Shown one piece after another: positions 9,990 through 19,290 of a stretch of DNA of 64,000 nt; within the stretch, counting starts at the first letter, position 1; each line of letters begins with the position of its first letter. Origin of the DNA: an uncultured Acidobacteriota bacterium (GTDB lineage: Bacteria > Acidobacteriota > Terriglobia > Acidiferrales > UBA7541); NCBI GenBank assembly GCA_963838265.1, contig CAWIQN010000009.1, positions 220,487 through 284,486 of the forward strand, given 5' to 3'. A program made the position numbers and the translations under genes. The notes below the pieces were generated by a model, which did not search any database, had not been told where the DNA came from, and worked only from the letters and a program-made list of their open reading frames with translations.

Positions 9990-11624
9990 TCAACAAGGGT
10001 TGAACTCGCCGCGCAAAATCATGTTCTCGCTCAGTTCGCGCGCCTTGCTCAGCGTCTCGGCGGTGCCCACATTCTTGCCGGTGGGTTCGTTCACCAAGCG
10101 CTGCAACTCTTCGTCGAAAAGTCTGTGAATGAGTTCCGGGGAATGCGCCACCGGTCGACCCGATTCATCCAGAATGGCCACCTGCGCGGCCCCCTGTGCG
10201 GAATGCTGCATGCGCTGCGCGATCATCAGCCGGTAAATGCGGTCCGTCGCCAGATCTTCCATGTAGCCATCGAGCAAGCTGGCGCCGCGTCCATTGAGCA
10301 CGCCGTTGCGATAGCGAATCACCGTGCGAATCGCCGCGCGCGTCCCGGCCAGCGTGCGCTTGCCGACGTTCGCGGGAATCGGCCGTAAGTCCGGATGCGT
10401 GTTGGCATTCGCGGGACGCGCGTTCAATTGGTTGGGAGCAGGGAACTGGCTGACCGCGATTTCGTTCTGGTCGGGATGCCCGGTCCAAGCGCCGTCCATG
10501 AGCGAACTAGCTTCATTCTTTTTATCTTGTGCCAGTACCGCCAGCGCGCGCGCATTCAGTTCCGCGTCTTCGCGGCTGGGATACAGCGCGGTCATGCCGC
10601 CAATCGCCAGAAATCCGTGTTTGTGACAAATCTCTGGCATTAAATTGCGCAAATTCTGGAAAAATGCCACATCGTGCGGGATGGTGTTGCGGTCTGGCAA
10701 AACCCACTCGCGCTTTTCCAGATTGAAGTGAATCAGGCTGGCCATGTAGTCCCAGCGTCCCAGATTCAAGCCCAAAATGTGCTCGCGCAGATTCCACGCA
10801 AACTCTTCCATCTGGTACGCCAGCGGATGCGATTCCACCAGCGCCATGCACTTGATAGCGTTTGTTGGCAAACCTTTGGCCGCCGCTACCATTTGAAACA
10901 GATCGCGCCACCACAGCGCCTCGTCCGCGGACTCCGATTTCGGAATGTAAAAACACAGCGGGTGCTTCAGTGCGGCAAAATCCACCTGATAGGTGATCAT
11001 CGCTACATCAAAAAGCGATGCGGGAATCAACTGGTCTTGAATAATCCCGGCTTGATGCAGGTGCAAGCCGCGCGGCCGCGTGAAAATTGTCACTGCGCTC
11101 GGCGCGATGCCCACGGTTTTGTTGCGTTTGCGATCCTCGTATGTGAGCGTGCCGGCCAGCGCGGCCAGCACATTGTCGATGCCGGTCTTTAAATGCGTCC
11201 ACGCATTCGCCGTCGAATCTTCCAGGTCCAGCATCACCCCGGGCGCGCCGGAGTTGAGCATCTTCACCACCAGGTCGGCGTCGTCCGCCGGGCCGGTCAT
11301 TTGATTGCGCTGGTCCGCGCACCACGATGGCAGTTCGATCCGCCATGGCTGCATGGTGGCCACGCTGGGCGGCAAATAGTCGGGAAGTTTTCCCGCGTGC
11401 GCGTTGCGCAGCGCATAGTCACGGCGAGCCAGCAATGCTTGCTGCCGAGGCGTAAGAGCAGTGTGCAGTGCGGTAAGAAATTCCAAAAAGCCGGCCGGTA
11501 GATCGCGCGTGGCGTCGAATCCCGCGGGCGCGGTGTTCACCGGCATAAGCGGCGCCAAGCCAGCGTTCTGCAGAGCGCGTGTTCCGGAAGAATTTGCTTG
11601 AGATGGTGCGGGAGAGCTGGCCAT
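9990..11624 (-). CDS. aceB: Malate synthase (MSA type)
   Basis: MLDLEDS, RPRGLH, LNLGRWDY, DGAWTGHP, MEDLATDRI; directly upstream of aceA. Confidence 0.9.
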   Translation of the reverse strand: MASSPAPSQANSSGTRALQNAGLAPLMPVNTAPAGFDATRDLPAGFLEFLTALHTALTPRQQALLARRDYALRNAHAGKLPDYLPPSVATMQPWRIELPSWCADQRNQMTGPADDADLVVKMLNSGAPGVMLDLEDSTANAWTHLKTGIDNVLAALAGTLTYEDRKRNKTVGIAPSAVTIFTRPRGLHLHQAGIIQDQLIPASLFDVAMITYQVDFAALKHPLCFYIPKSESADEALWWRDLFQMVAAAKGLPTNAIKCMALVESHPLAYQMEEFAWNLREHILGLNLGRWDYMASLIHFNLEKREWVLPDRNTIPHDVAFFQNLRNLMPEICHKHGFLAIGGMTALYPSREDAELNARALAVLAQDKKNEASSLMDGAWTGHPDQNEIAVSQFPAPNQLNARPANANTHPDLRPIPANVGKRTLAGTRAAIRTVIRYRNGVLNGRGASLLDGYMEDLATDRIYRLMIAQRMQHSAQGAAQVAILDESGRPVAHSPELIHRLFDEELQRLVNEPTGKNVGTAETLSKARELSENMILRGEFNPC

Positions 11625-11866
11625 AGCGGTTTATCGTCCCTTTCCGGCGCGCAGCCTGAGCGCGGTCGCAGCTGCAGGCCCGGAGGAATATAGGCAATCG
11701 GAGCGCCAAAGGTTGCGCGCCTCACGCCTAGCATAGTCAGTAAAGCTAGTGACTGCAATGAGATAGCGCGGGGGCGAGCACCCGTTACGGTCGGCCCCGC
11801 GTGCTCGTGGCCCGCACGGCATAAATTTTCCTCGCAACGGAGAGGAACTTCCTTCGCCCTTGGGTG

Positions 11867-11884
11867 TGTTCAATATGCTGAACA
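11867..11884. promoter_or_regulatory. Putative IclR operator 1 (TGTTCAATATGCTGAACA)
   Basis: TGTTCA-N6-TGAACA palindrome in the aceB/iclR divergent region; near-identical copy 75 bp away. Confidence 0.65.
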
Positions 11885-11941
11885 TGTGTTCACGCTGCAC
11901 GCTTGCGTTGTAGCAAAAACCTCATGTCGCGCACAATATTG

Positions 11942-11959
11942 TGTTCAGTATGCTGAACG
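11942..11959. promoter_or_regulatory. Putative IclR operator 2 (TGTTCAGTATGCTGAACG)
   Basis: 16/18 identical to operator 1; lies just upstream of the iclR start. Confidence 0.65.
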
Positions 11960-11972
11960 AGTATTCTAGGAA

Positions 11973-12845
11973 GTGAACATAAGCAAAACTTATCGGCCCA
12001 GCGTATCGCTTGCATCGATTGCTCAAGCCCGTCGGAGGACCTCCGTGCCCGAAAAAGACGCCAGCACCGCCACCGCCGTCGAGCGCGCCTTGAATATCCT
12101 TGAAGCCACCGCGCGGCGCCGCGATGGCATGAACAACTCCGAAATCAGCCGCCGCTTGGCCATCCCCAAAAGCTCCGCTAGCTACATCCTGCGCGTGCTG
12201 GACCGCCGCGGCTATTTGCGTCGCGATGCGCAGACCGGCCGCTACCGCCTGGGCCTGAAAGTGCTCAGCCTCGGCCGCGACGCGCAAGCCGGCGTCGATT
12301 TGGCCGGCGTAAACCTGGTGGACGTGGCGCAGCCCTTCATGCGCGCCCTCAGCGACAAAATTCACATGACCGTACACCTCGCGGTGCTCGATCAGGGCGA
12401 AGCCGTGTACGTGGAAAAAGTGGAAGCGCCGGGATTTTTTAAAATAAATACCTGGGTGGGCCGTCGCATGTTTCTGCATTCCACCAGCGTGGGAAAAGCG
12501 CTGCTCGCCTGGATGCCGAAAAGTGAAGCCGAAACGATTCTGCGCCAGCAAGGATTAAAGAAGCGCACGCCGAAGACGATCGTCAGCGTGCCGCGCCTGA
12601 TCGCGGACCTGGAGCGCGTAAGGGCATTAGGTCACGCGGTGGACGACGAAGAAAATAGCTTGGGCGCGCGCTGCTTGGGCGCTCCCATATTCGATGCCGG
12701 AGGAAATGTTGCCGCGGCTCTCGGCGTCAGCGGCACCCTGACGCAAACCGACGAAAACAATATGCCGCGCATCGTCGACGCCCTCAAAGACGCCGCGCGC
12801 AAAATCTCCCGCCAAACCATCAAAGCCGGCGCCCTCGGCGCGTAG
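11973..12845 (+). CDS. IclR family transcriptional regulator
   Basis: AVERALNILE HTH, IPKSSASYIL, LHSTSVGKALL, DDEENSLG; divergent from aceBA. Confidence 0.9.
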   Translation: MNISKTYRPSVSLASIAQARRRTSVPEKDASTATAVERALNILEATARRRDGMNNSEISRRLAIPKSSASYILRVLDRRGYLRRDAQTGRYRLGLKVLSLGRDAQAGVDLAGVNLVDVAQPFMRALSDKIHMTVHLAVLDQGEAVYVEKVEAPGFFKINTWVGRRMFLHSTSVGKALLAWMPKSEAETILRQQGLKKRTPKTIVSVPRLIADLERVRALGHAVDDEENSLGARCLGAPIFDAGGNVAAALGVSGTLTQTDENNMPRIVDALKDAARKISRQTIKAGALGA

Positions 12846-12871
12846 CACCATCAGCTCAAACCATTCGCGTC

Positions 12872-12895
12872 GTAGGGGCACGGCATGCCGTGCCC
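12872..12895 (+). repeat. GTAG-type REP palindrome
   Basis: GTAG-GGGCACGGCATGCCGTGCCC. Confidence 0.75.
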
Positions 12896-12932
12896 GTCGC
12901 TCTGCCAGCACCGCGGGACCATCTAAAACGTT

Positions 12933-12960
12933 GTAGGGGCGCAGCATGCTGCGCCCCAGC
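12933..12960 (+). repeat. GTAG-type REP palindrome
   Basis: GTAGGGGCGCAGCATGCTGCGCCCCAGC, identical to 48308-48335. Confidence 0.8.
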
Positions 12961-12978
12961 CCGGCAAGATCGACCGTG

Positions 12979-13611
12979 TTACGACGTCTTAGCCGCGACG
13001 GTTAAATTATTCTTCACGGAAATCACATTGGGCACGTCGTTAGCGCGCAATTTTGCCAAATTCTTGTCCGACTCGTTGTCCACTATGCCTTCCAGCGTGA
13101 CGTTGCCATTTTTCACGATCATATGGATGGCGGCGACCGAAGAATACGCATAGCGCGACAGCACCGCATCGCTGTAAATCGCGCGATACAAGGCGCGGCG
13201 CAATTCATCATCCGTCGGTGAAACCGGCAGCACTTCAATGTTGTTCACCACGCCCGTAATACCTTCGATTTCTCTCACCGCGGCTTCCGCGTCCGATTTC
13301 AGCGTGGGCCGCACCACTTGCCCCTGCAGGGTCACAATGTCCCCATCGATGCGGTATGAAAGATAATCGAACTCCGAATAGTAGGGCAGTAGCTGCAACT
13401 GGTGGCGCACTTCTTTGAGCAAATTCTGTCGCGCAGGTGATTCGCCGCGTTGTGTCTTGGCGTCCTGCCACGCGCCGCCGCTTGGCGCGCCAACAACGCT
13501 CACAAGTAGAAGCAGCGACGCGAACGCGAGCAAACCCGAAAGGCCGCGTGGCCTCGAAAGATTTTTGCGCAAGGTTGCTCCTTCAAATTCACCGCATGTG
13601 CCAAACCGCAA
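12979..13611 (-). CDS. BON domain-containing periplasmic protein
   Basis: Two BON-like repeats (VTLQGQV..., VKNGNVTLEGIV...VKNNL); signal peptide. Start uncertain. Confidence 0.8.
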   Translation of the reverse strand: MRFGTCGEFEGATLRKNLSRPRGLSGLLAFASLLLLVSVVGAPSGGAWQDAKTQRGESPARQNLLKEVRHQLQLLPYYSEFDYLSYRIDGDIVTLQGQVVRPTLKSDAEAAVREIEGITGVVNNIEVLPVSPTDDELRRALYRAIYSDAVLSRYAYSSVAAIHMIVKNGNVTLEGIVDNESDKNLAKLRANDVPNVISVKNNLTVAAKTS

Positions 13612-13752
13612 ATTAGATTGGGAGCGCGGTCCGAACGGGTGCCAGCGCGTGTTGCCTTACGAACCGCCGCCGTCTGCGACGGGCTGCCAATCTTCGCGCC
13701 GGATGCTAGCATAACTGTAGCGGCCAAATAACCGGAACCGGAGATACTGGGG

Positions 13753-14490
13753 ATGTTGTTGATTGCGCATCGCGGAGCATCGGGCCACGCGCCAGAAAAT
13801 ACTTTGGCGGCGTTTCGCAAAGCTGTGGCGCTCGGCGTACATTTCATCGAGACGGACTTGCAGTTGACGCGCGACACTCGGCTGGTGGCTATCCACGACG
13901 ACACCGTAAACCGCACCACCAACGGCCACGGCAAAGTGCACGATCTGAGCCTGGAAGAATTGCGCAAACTCGATGCCGGTTCCTGGTTCGGCAGCGAATT
14001 TACCGGCGAACGCATCCCCACGCTGGAAGAGATCTTGGAGTTCGCGAAGAAACACGACGTGGTGTTTTACCTGGAACTGAAACCCGGCGGCTCCTGGGGC
14101 GGCGAGCAGACGCTGATCAGCGCGCTGCGGAATTCTGGAGAAATCGCGCGCACGGTGGTAATTTCTTTTGATCCGGCAATTCTCGCGGCGGTGCGCAAAA
14201 TTGAACCCACGTTGATGACCGGTCTACTATACGAAGGTCAGCTTGAAGATCCGCTCGATAAAGCGCTGGAAATCGGCGCGCGGCAAATCGCGGTGCGCGG
14301 AGATTTGGTTACGCCGTGGCTGCTCGGCCAGGCGCGCCGCAGGGATTTACAGGTGGTGGCCTGGACCGTAAATCAAGGCGCGCATATGCGTTTGCTGATG
14401 GCCGCGGGCATCGACGGCATCATGAGCGATTATCCGGAGCGCTTGATCGCGGCGAATAAAAAATCCGCCGAAAAATCCAGCACACCCTGA
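13753..14490 (+). CDS. Glycerophosphodiester phosphodiesterase
   Basis: IAHRGASGHAPENT, ETDLQLTRD, HD, ELK, VAWTVN, GIMSDYP. Confidence 0.9.
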   Translation: MLLIAHRGASGHAPENTLAAFRKAVALGVHFIETDLQLTRDTRLVAIHDDTVNRTTNGHGKVHDLSLEELRKLDAGSWFGSEFTGERIPTLEEILEFAKKHDVVFYLELKPGGSWGGEQTLISALRNSGEIARTVVISFDPAILAAVRKIEPTLMTGLLYEGQLEDPLDKALEIGARQIAVRGDLVTPWLLGQARRRDLQVVAWTVNQGAHMRLLMAAGIDGIMSDYPERLIAANKKSAEKSSTP

Positions 14491-14506
14491 AACGTTATCC
14501 TGAAAA

Positions 14507-15328
14507 CTAGCGATGGCCGTGGATTTGCGTCGCCAGTGCGGCGAGTTGCGAGGCGGTAAGTTGCTCCGCGCGGGCGTCAGGGCGCAGTTGCAGCGATGCC
14601 AGAGCTTCGCGGACGGCGTCCGGTTCGGCTACCGCGCGCAAATTATTGACCAGCGTTTTGCGTTTTTTTGCGAAACACAATTTAACAAAATCAAAAAATG
14701 CTTTTTCGTCGGGAATGACCAGACCCGCGCGAGCGCCGGGAAAACGCAGCGTAACCAGCGCGGATTCTACTTCGGGCGGAGGCGTAAATGCCTCCCGCGG
14801 AATCTCCATGGCAATGTCCGGACGCGAGTAATATTGCGTGAGCACGGAGAGATAGCCGTAGTCGCTGGTGCCAGGCGCGGCCGCAAGGCGCAGCGCCACT
14901 TCGTGTTGAATCACGATGTGAACTTCGTCCAGCAAATCCGCGACGTCGAACAGCCGTTGCAGAATCGGCGACGTGATGTAGTACGGCAGATTGCCGTAGA
15001 CGCGTAGGCGGCGTCCGTTGGCGATGGCGGCGAGGTCGAGCTCCAGAATGTCGCCCGGAACTACCGTGAGATTCGGAAATTGTTTCGCAAGCCGCTGCAA
15101 GCCGGCGATAAGCGACGTATCGAGTTCGATGCCGTAGACCGCTGCGCCGCTGGCGACCAACTGCTCGGTCATTTCGCCGTGGCCGGCGCCAATTTCGAGC
15201 CAGCAGGAATTCTCACCGCTGGCGCGCGCGCCACCGATGGAGTGTCGCGAGACGCCAATTGCCCGCGCGATCTGTTCGCGGCATTCCAAATCCGAAAGAA
15301 AGTGTTGCCCAAGCCGCTGTCGAGCCAT
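14507..15328 (-). CDS. rsmA: 16S rRNA m6,2A dimethyltransferase
   Basis: LGQHFL, EIGAGHG, GNLPYYIT, FTPPPEVES, KRKTL. Start moved to MARQRL at 15328. Confidence 0.92.
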   Translation of the reverse strand: MARQRLGQHFLSDLECREQIARAIGVSRHSIGGARASGENSCWLEIGAGHGEMTEQLVASGAAVYGIELDTSLIAGLQRLAKQFPNLTVVPGDILELDLAAIANGRRLRVYGNLPYYITSPILQRLFDVADLLDEVHIVIQHEVALRLAAAPGTSDYGYLSVLTQYYSRPDIAMEIPREAFTPPPEVESALVTLRFPGARAGLVIPDEKAFFDFVKLCFAKKRKTLVNNLRAVAEPDAVREALASLQLRPDARAEQLTASQLAALATQIHGHR

Positions 15329-15435
15329 GCGAAAGTTTAACAGAGCGCGGCAGGACGCTCGCATTTGTAGCGGCCGCCGTCTGCGGCGGTCGCCTTTGCG
15401 GTCGCGGAGAACGCTCTGACGTCTCGCGGAAGGAA

Positions 15436-15514
15436 GTAGCACAGGCACTCTTGCCTGTGCGGTTTCTTGTGCGGCGTAGCTGACACCGCGCACAGGCAAG
15501 AGTGCCTGTGCTAC
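15436..15514. repeat. Inverted REP doublet (REPIN-like)
   Basis: GTAGCACAGGCACTCTTGCCTGTGC (15436-15460) and its exact reverse complement (15490-15514). Confidence 0.8.
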
Positions 15515-15621
15515 AAAAACAAGAGTGCCGTGCAACCACAGCGGCACCACAAGATCCGCAACTTGACGCGCCGCGGGCGGTTGGATAGCGTACATGGGCG
15601 GTTGCGAGGGCCGCGTCGCGC

Positions 15622-17166
15622 GTGCGAATACTTTTTGTAGCGTCGGAAGGATTGCCGTTCTCCAAGACCGGCGGCCTGGCGGACGTGGTGGAAGCGCTGC
15701 CGAAGGCGCTGGTGCAGCAGGGCCACGAAGTGGCGGTGGTGTTGCCGCGCTACCGCGGCGCGAAGAATGACGCTGCCGTGTTGCCCAGCGTCACCGTGCC
15801 GATGGGTGGTCGGCTCCGGTTCCCCTCGATTGGCGGCGGCGCGCTGTTGCATGGCGTGAAGTATTTCTTTGTGGAAGACGCGGAGTATTTTGACCGCGAT
15901 GGAATCTACGGCGGCGGCTGGGGCGATTTTTCGGACAATGCCGAACGCTACGCCGAACTTTGCCGCGCGGCGATTGAGGTGGCCAAGCATGTGTGGCCGG
16001 CGGACGCGATCCATTGCCACGACTGGCAGACCGGTTTGCTGCCAGTGCTAATGCGCACCTCTCACGCGGACGACCCGCTCTTAAAAGATACGCCAGTGAT
16101 TTTCACCATCCACAACATGGGTTACCAGGGCGTGTTTGGACGGGATGTGATCGACCGCGCCGGAATTCCAGCCGGCACGTTTCATCCCGGCGGACTAGAA
16201 TATTTTGGCAAAGTGAATTATCTGAAAGCCGGCATTGTGTATTCGGATTATCTGACCACGGTGAGCAGCAAGTACGCGCAGGAGATTCAGACGCCGGAAT
16301 TCGGCTACGGACTCGACGGCGTGGCGCGGGGGCGCGGCGATCGCCTGGTGGGAATCCTGAATGGCGTGGACTACGCCGAGTGGAGTCCGGATACAGATAC
16401 CTTCATCGCGGAGAAATTCTCGCTCAAAGATTTGCATGGCAAGCACGCTTGCAAAACGGAGTTGATGCAACTGTTTGGCATTGCGCCAGAACATGCGGCG
16501 CGGCCGCTGACCGGGATTGTTTCGCGTTTTGCGGATCAAAAAGGTTTCGACCTGATTGCCGAGCGCGCGCACGAATTGATGCGCGAAGAATTGTCGTTGG
16601 TGGTGCTGGGCTCCGGCGAGCGGCGCTACGAAGAGTTGTTTCAAGCGCTGGCCGTGGCGTATCCCGGAAGAGTGGGCGCGCGCATCGCATACGATAATGC
16701 CGTGGCGCACAAGATTGAAGCCGGCGCGGACATGTTTTTGATGCCATCGCGGTACGAACCGTGCGGCTTGAATCAGATCTACAGTTTGAAGTATGGTACG
16801 GTGCCGATTGTCCGAGCCACCGGTGGCTTGGATGATACGATTGAGACGTTCGACCTGGAGCACGGAACGGGGACGGGCTTCAAGTTCACGGAATATTCCG
16901 GAGCGGCGATGATGTATGCGGTGCGGCAAGCGTTGCACCACTTCATCGACGAGCGCATCTGGAAGCGCATCCAGCTGAACGGCATGGCCAAAGATTTTTC
17001 GTGGAACGGTCCGGCGCGCGAGTACGCTAAACTGTATGAGGTGGCGTGGAGTCAGCGTCATCCCGGGCAGAGCGTGCCGAAGCCGAAGGAGTCGCAGGCA
17101 CAAAACGTGTCTGCCGGCGGGCGTCCCACGGAAAGAAACCAAAAGAGTTTGCGATCATCTAATTAA
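15622..17166 (+). CDS. glgA: Glycogen synthase
   Basis: KTGGLADV, HCHDWQT, TIHNMGYQG, MPSRYEPCGLNQ, RATGGL. Confidence 0.95.
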   Translation: MRILFVASEGLPFSKTGGLADVVEALPKALVQQGHEVAVVLPRYRGAKNDAAVLPSVTVPMGGRLRFPSIGGGALLHGVKYFFVEDAEYFDRDGIYGGGWGDFSDNAERYAELCRAAIEVAKHVWPADAIHCHDWQTGLLPVLMRTSHADDPLLKDTPVIFTIHNMGYQGVFGRDVIDRAGIPAGTFHPGGLEYFGKVNYLKAGIVYSDYLTTVSSKYAQEIQTPEFGYGLDGVARGRGDRLVGILNGVDYAEWSPDTDTFIAEKFSLKDLHGKHACKTELMQLFGIAPEHAARPLTGIVSRFADQKGFDLIAERAHELMREELSLVVLGSGERRYEELFQALAVAYPGRVGARIAYDNAVAHKIEAGADMFLMPSRYEPCGLNQIYSLKYGTVPIVRATGGLDDTIETFDLEHGTGTGFKFTEYSGAAMMYAVRQALHHFIDERIWKRIQLNGMAKDFSWNGPAREYAKLYEVAWSQRHPGQSVPKPKESQAQNVSAGGRPTERNQKSLRSSN

Positions 17167-17222
17167 ACTGAGCGGAGAGGGAGAGGCGGCGAGACGCATT
17201 TAACTCGCTGAAAACAAAGGAT

Positions 17223-17573
17223 ATGGCTGATAACATTAAAGCTGAGACCATTCAAGCAGTGACGGATACGAATTTTGAGGCAGAGGTTTTAACGGCAAGC
17301 GCGTCGCAACCCGTGCTGGTGGATTTTTGGGCCGAGTGGTGCCGCCCATGCCACATGCTGGCGCCGACGGTGGCGGAGATTGCCAACGACTACACCGGCA
17401 AGATCAAGGTGATGAAGTTGAACGTCGACGAAGCCATGAACTCCGCGGGCCGTTATCGCGTGCAGGGCATCCCGACGCTGCTGCTGTTTAAGAACGGGCA
17501 AGTGGTGGAGCAGATCGTGGGCGCGGTGCCCAAGGATCAGATCACCAAGGCTGTGGACCGGCACCTGGCGTAA
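17223..17573 (+). CDS. trxA: Thioredoxin
   Basis: VLVDFWAEWCRPC, IPTLLLFKNG, VGA. Confidence 0.9.
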   Translation: MADNIKAETIQAVTDTNFEAEVLTASASQPVLVDFWAEWCRPCHMLAPTVAEIANDYTGKIKVMKLNVDEAMNSAGRYRVQGIPTLLLFKNGQVVEQIVGAVPKDQITKAVDRHLA

Positions 17574-17597
17574 TTTTTGGTTAGAGTTTTGGCGAAG

Positions 17598-17629
17598 GCG
17601 CGTCGCACTTGTGCGACGCGCTTTTTTTT
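17598..17629 (+). terminator. Rho-independent terminator after trxA
   Basis: GCGCGTCGCA-cttg-TGCGACGCGC followed by T8. Confidence 0.85.
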
Positions 17630-17802
17630 GCGATGGTGCGTGGTGGTGGCTGAGTTCGGATTAGACTGTTGAGTTCATCCGCGGCCAGCGCGTAGATCTC
17701 TGCGGATTGCTAAGTGTGCTTTCAACACAGAGGGCCAGAGAACACAGGGAAGAGTTGCGTCACGTCGGCCTGTGGTGCGGAACATTCGGATGGAGTCCTG
17801 CG

Positions 17803-18390
17803 ATGGATAAAGCAAAGGTGGTGAAGCGCTGCAGCTGGGCGAGCAACGAGCTGAACATTCCTTATCACGACGAGGAATGGGGCGTGCCAGTGCATGATGA
17901 CCGGCGTTGGTTCGAGATGCTGATTCTCGAGGGCGCGCAGGCCGGGTTGAGTTGGGATACGGTACTGAAAAAGCGAGCGCGCTATCGCGAAGTGTTTGAT
18001 GGCTTTGATCCCGCGGTTGTGGCGCGGTACGACAAAAAGAAAGTTAGGGCGCTGCTGGCCGATCCGGGGATTATACGGAACCGGCTGAAGGTGGCGGCGA
18101 CGATTGACAACGCGAAAGCGTTTTTGGCGGTGCAGCAAGAGTTTGGGTCGTTCGACGCGTACGTGTGGCGATTTTTGGGTGGTAAGCCGAAGCGCAATGC
18201 CTGGAAGGTGCATCGCGGGTTGCCGGCGAAGACCGCGGAATCGGATGCGCTTAGTAAGGACTTGCAGAAGCGCGGGTTTCGGTTTGTGGGGTCGACGATT
18301 TGTTATGCGTTGATGCAGGCCACCGGGCTGGTGAACGATCATTTGGTGGATTGTTTTCGGTATCGCGCGGTGGAGACCTCGCGAGCTTGA
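17803..18390 (+). CDS. tag: DNA-3-methyladenine glycosylase I
   Basis: RCSW, YHDEEWG, LEGAQAGLSW, IIRNRLK, FRFVGSTICYALMQATG, DHLVDC. Confidence 0.93.
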   Translation: MDKAKVVKRCSWASNELNIPYHDEEWGVPVHDDRRWFEMLILEGAQAGLSWDTVLKKRARYREVFDGFDPAVVARYDKKKVRALLADPGIIRNRLKVAATIDNAKAFLAVQQEFGSFDAYVWRFLGGKPKRNAWKVHRGLPAKTAESDALSKDLQKRGFRFVGSTICYALMQATGLVNDHLVDCFRYRAVETSRA

Positions 18391-18498
18391 CGTCGGGGTT
18401 GATGGGAATTCGGCCGTGGTTCAGCCGCAAGATGGGCCGCGCCTCCGGCGCTTGGTGGCGGTGGTGATGGTCCGGCCAGAGGCGGCCCGGTTTTTGAA

Positions 18499-18544
18499 AG
18501 GATGTGAAAACAAAGGGACTTAAAGTCCTTTGTTTTCACATCCT
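18499..18544. repeat. Long near-perfect inverted repeat
   Basis: AGGATGTGAAAACAAAGG(G)ACT-taa-AGTCCTTTGTTTTCACATCCT. Confidence 0.75.
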
Positions 18545-18729
18545 CTTACAAGTGTTCATTCTGCGGCAGTTACCGCCGAGATTTATTATCCACTTGGTTA
18601 CTAGAAGGGCGGCGGGAGACAATCCATAATAGCGAAGTTGGTGGACATGGAAATTTCCTCAGTTCAGGGTGAATTTTGGATTTTTACGGGGATGCTCGCA
18701 GAGGCGAGGCGCACTTCTCTACGGGAAGG

Positions 18730-18759
18730 ATAATACCAGGAAGATGGCAGGTCTGTCAA
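18730..18759 (-). promoter_or_regulatory. Sigma70-like promoter TTGACA-18-TATTAT with extended -10 (TGn)
   Basis: The minus strand reads TTGACAgacctgccatcttccTGgTATTAT. Confidence 0.55.
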
Positions 18760-18830
18760 GATAATTCCATGGGTATCTACATCCCGTTACTTATCATGGA
18801 GATATAGACTGTCAGGCATTGCGGAGGGGC

Positions 18831-18854
18831 GGGCACGGCGTGCCGTGCCCCTAC
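18831..18854 (-). repeat. GTAG-type REP palindrome
   Basis: Reverse complement is GTAGGGGCACGGCACGCCGTGCCC. Confidence 0.75.
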
Positions 18855-18944
18855 AGAGAGGAAAGTCGCGGCGAAGTGGGAGGAGTGAAGCGGAATTAAC
18901 ATTAGTACGATTTGGGTTCTTTTCAAGAGAGTGGTCCATCGTAA

Positions 18945-19280
18945 ATGCTAGAGGCCCCTTCTAAATCTTATAGGGAGATGGGCCGAATGCTATTCAGGGA
19001 ACACCGATTTACGTTTTTTGCGGGCGCGGAAATTCACGTGTTTAGAATCGAAGAGCTGATTGGTGGGGTGGCCTACTGGCCGCAGAGATTCCGTTTACAA
19101 CTCCCCGCTTCCTCCCGTGGTGAAGCCAAGACAATTTATGGAACAGACTGCGAGACGCTGGCGCAAAAGGCCGCGGAGTTATTGACCCGCGAGTCCGCGG
19201 GCGGAGAAAGAAGCGTCGGGGCGCGCGTCTCGCCGTGGCGGCCCGGCGGACCGCCGCAGACACTGCAGATTCAGGAGTAA
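18945..19280 (+). CDS. Hypothetical small protein
   Basis: Open frame with plausible composition, ending 10 bp before the GGDEF gene. Start may be 18987. Confidence 0.45.
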   Translation: MLEAPSKSYREMGRMLFREHRFTFFAGAEIHVFRIEELIGGVAYWPQRFRLQLPASSRGEAKTIYGTDCETLAQKAAELLTRESAGGERSVGARVSPWRPGGPPQTLQIQE

Positions 19281-19290
19281 GAAACGCCGC

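Noticed and set aside
17335-17352. Thioredoxin WCRPC instead of WCGPC
   Set aside because: A minor variant with both cysteines retained; not evidence of a new function.
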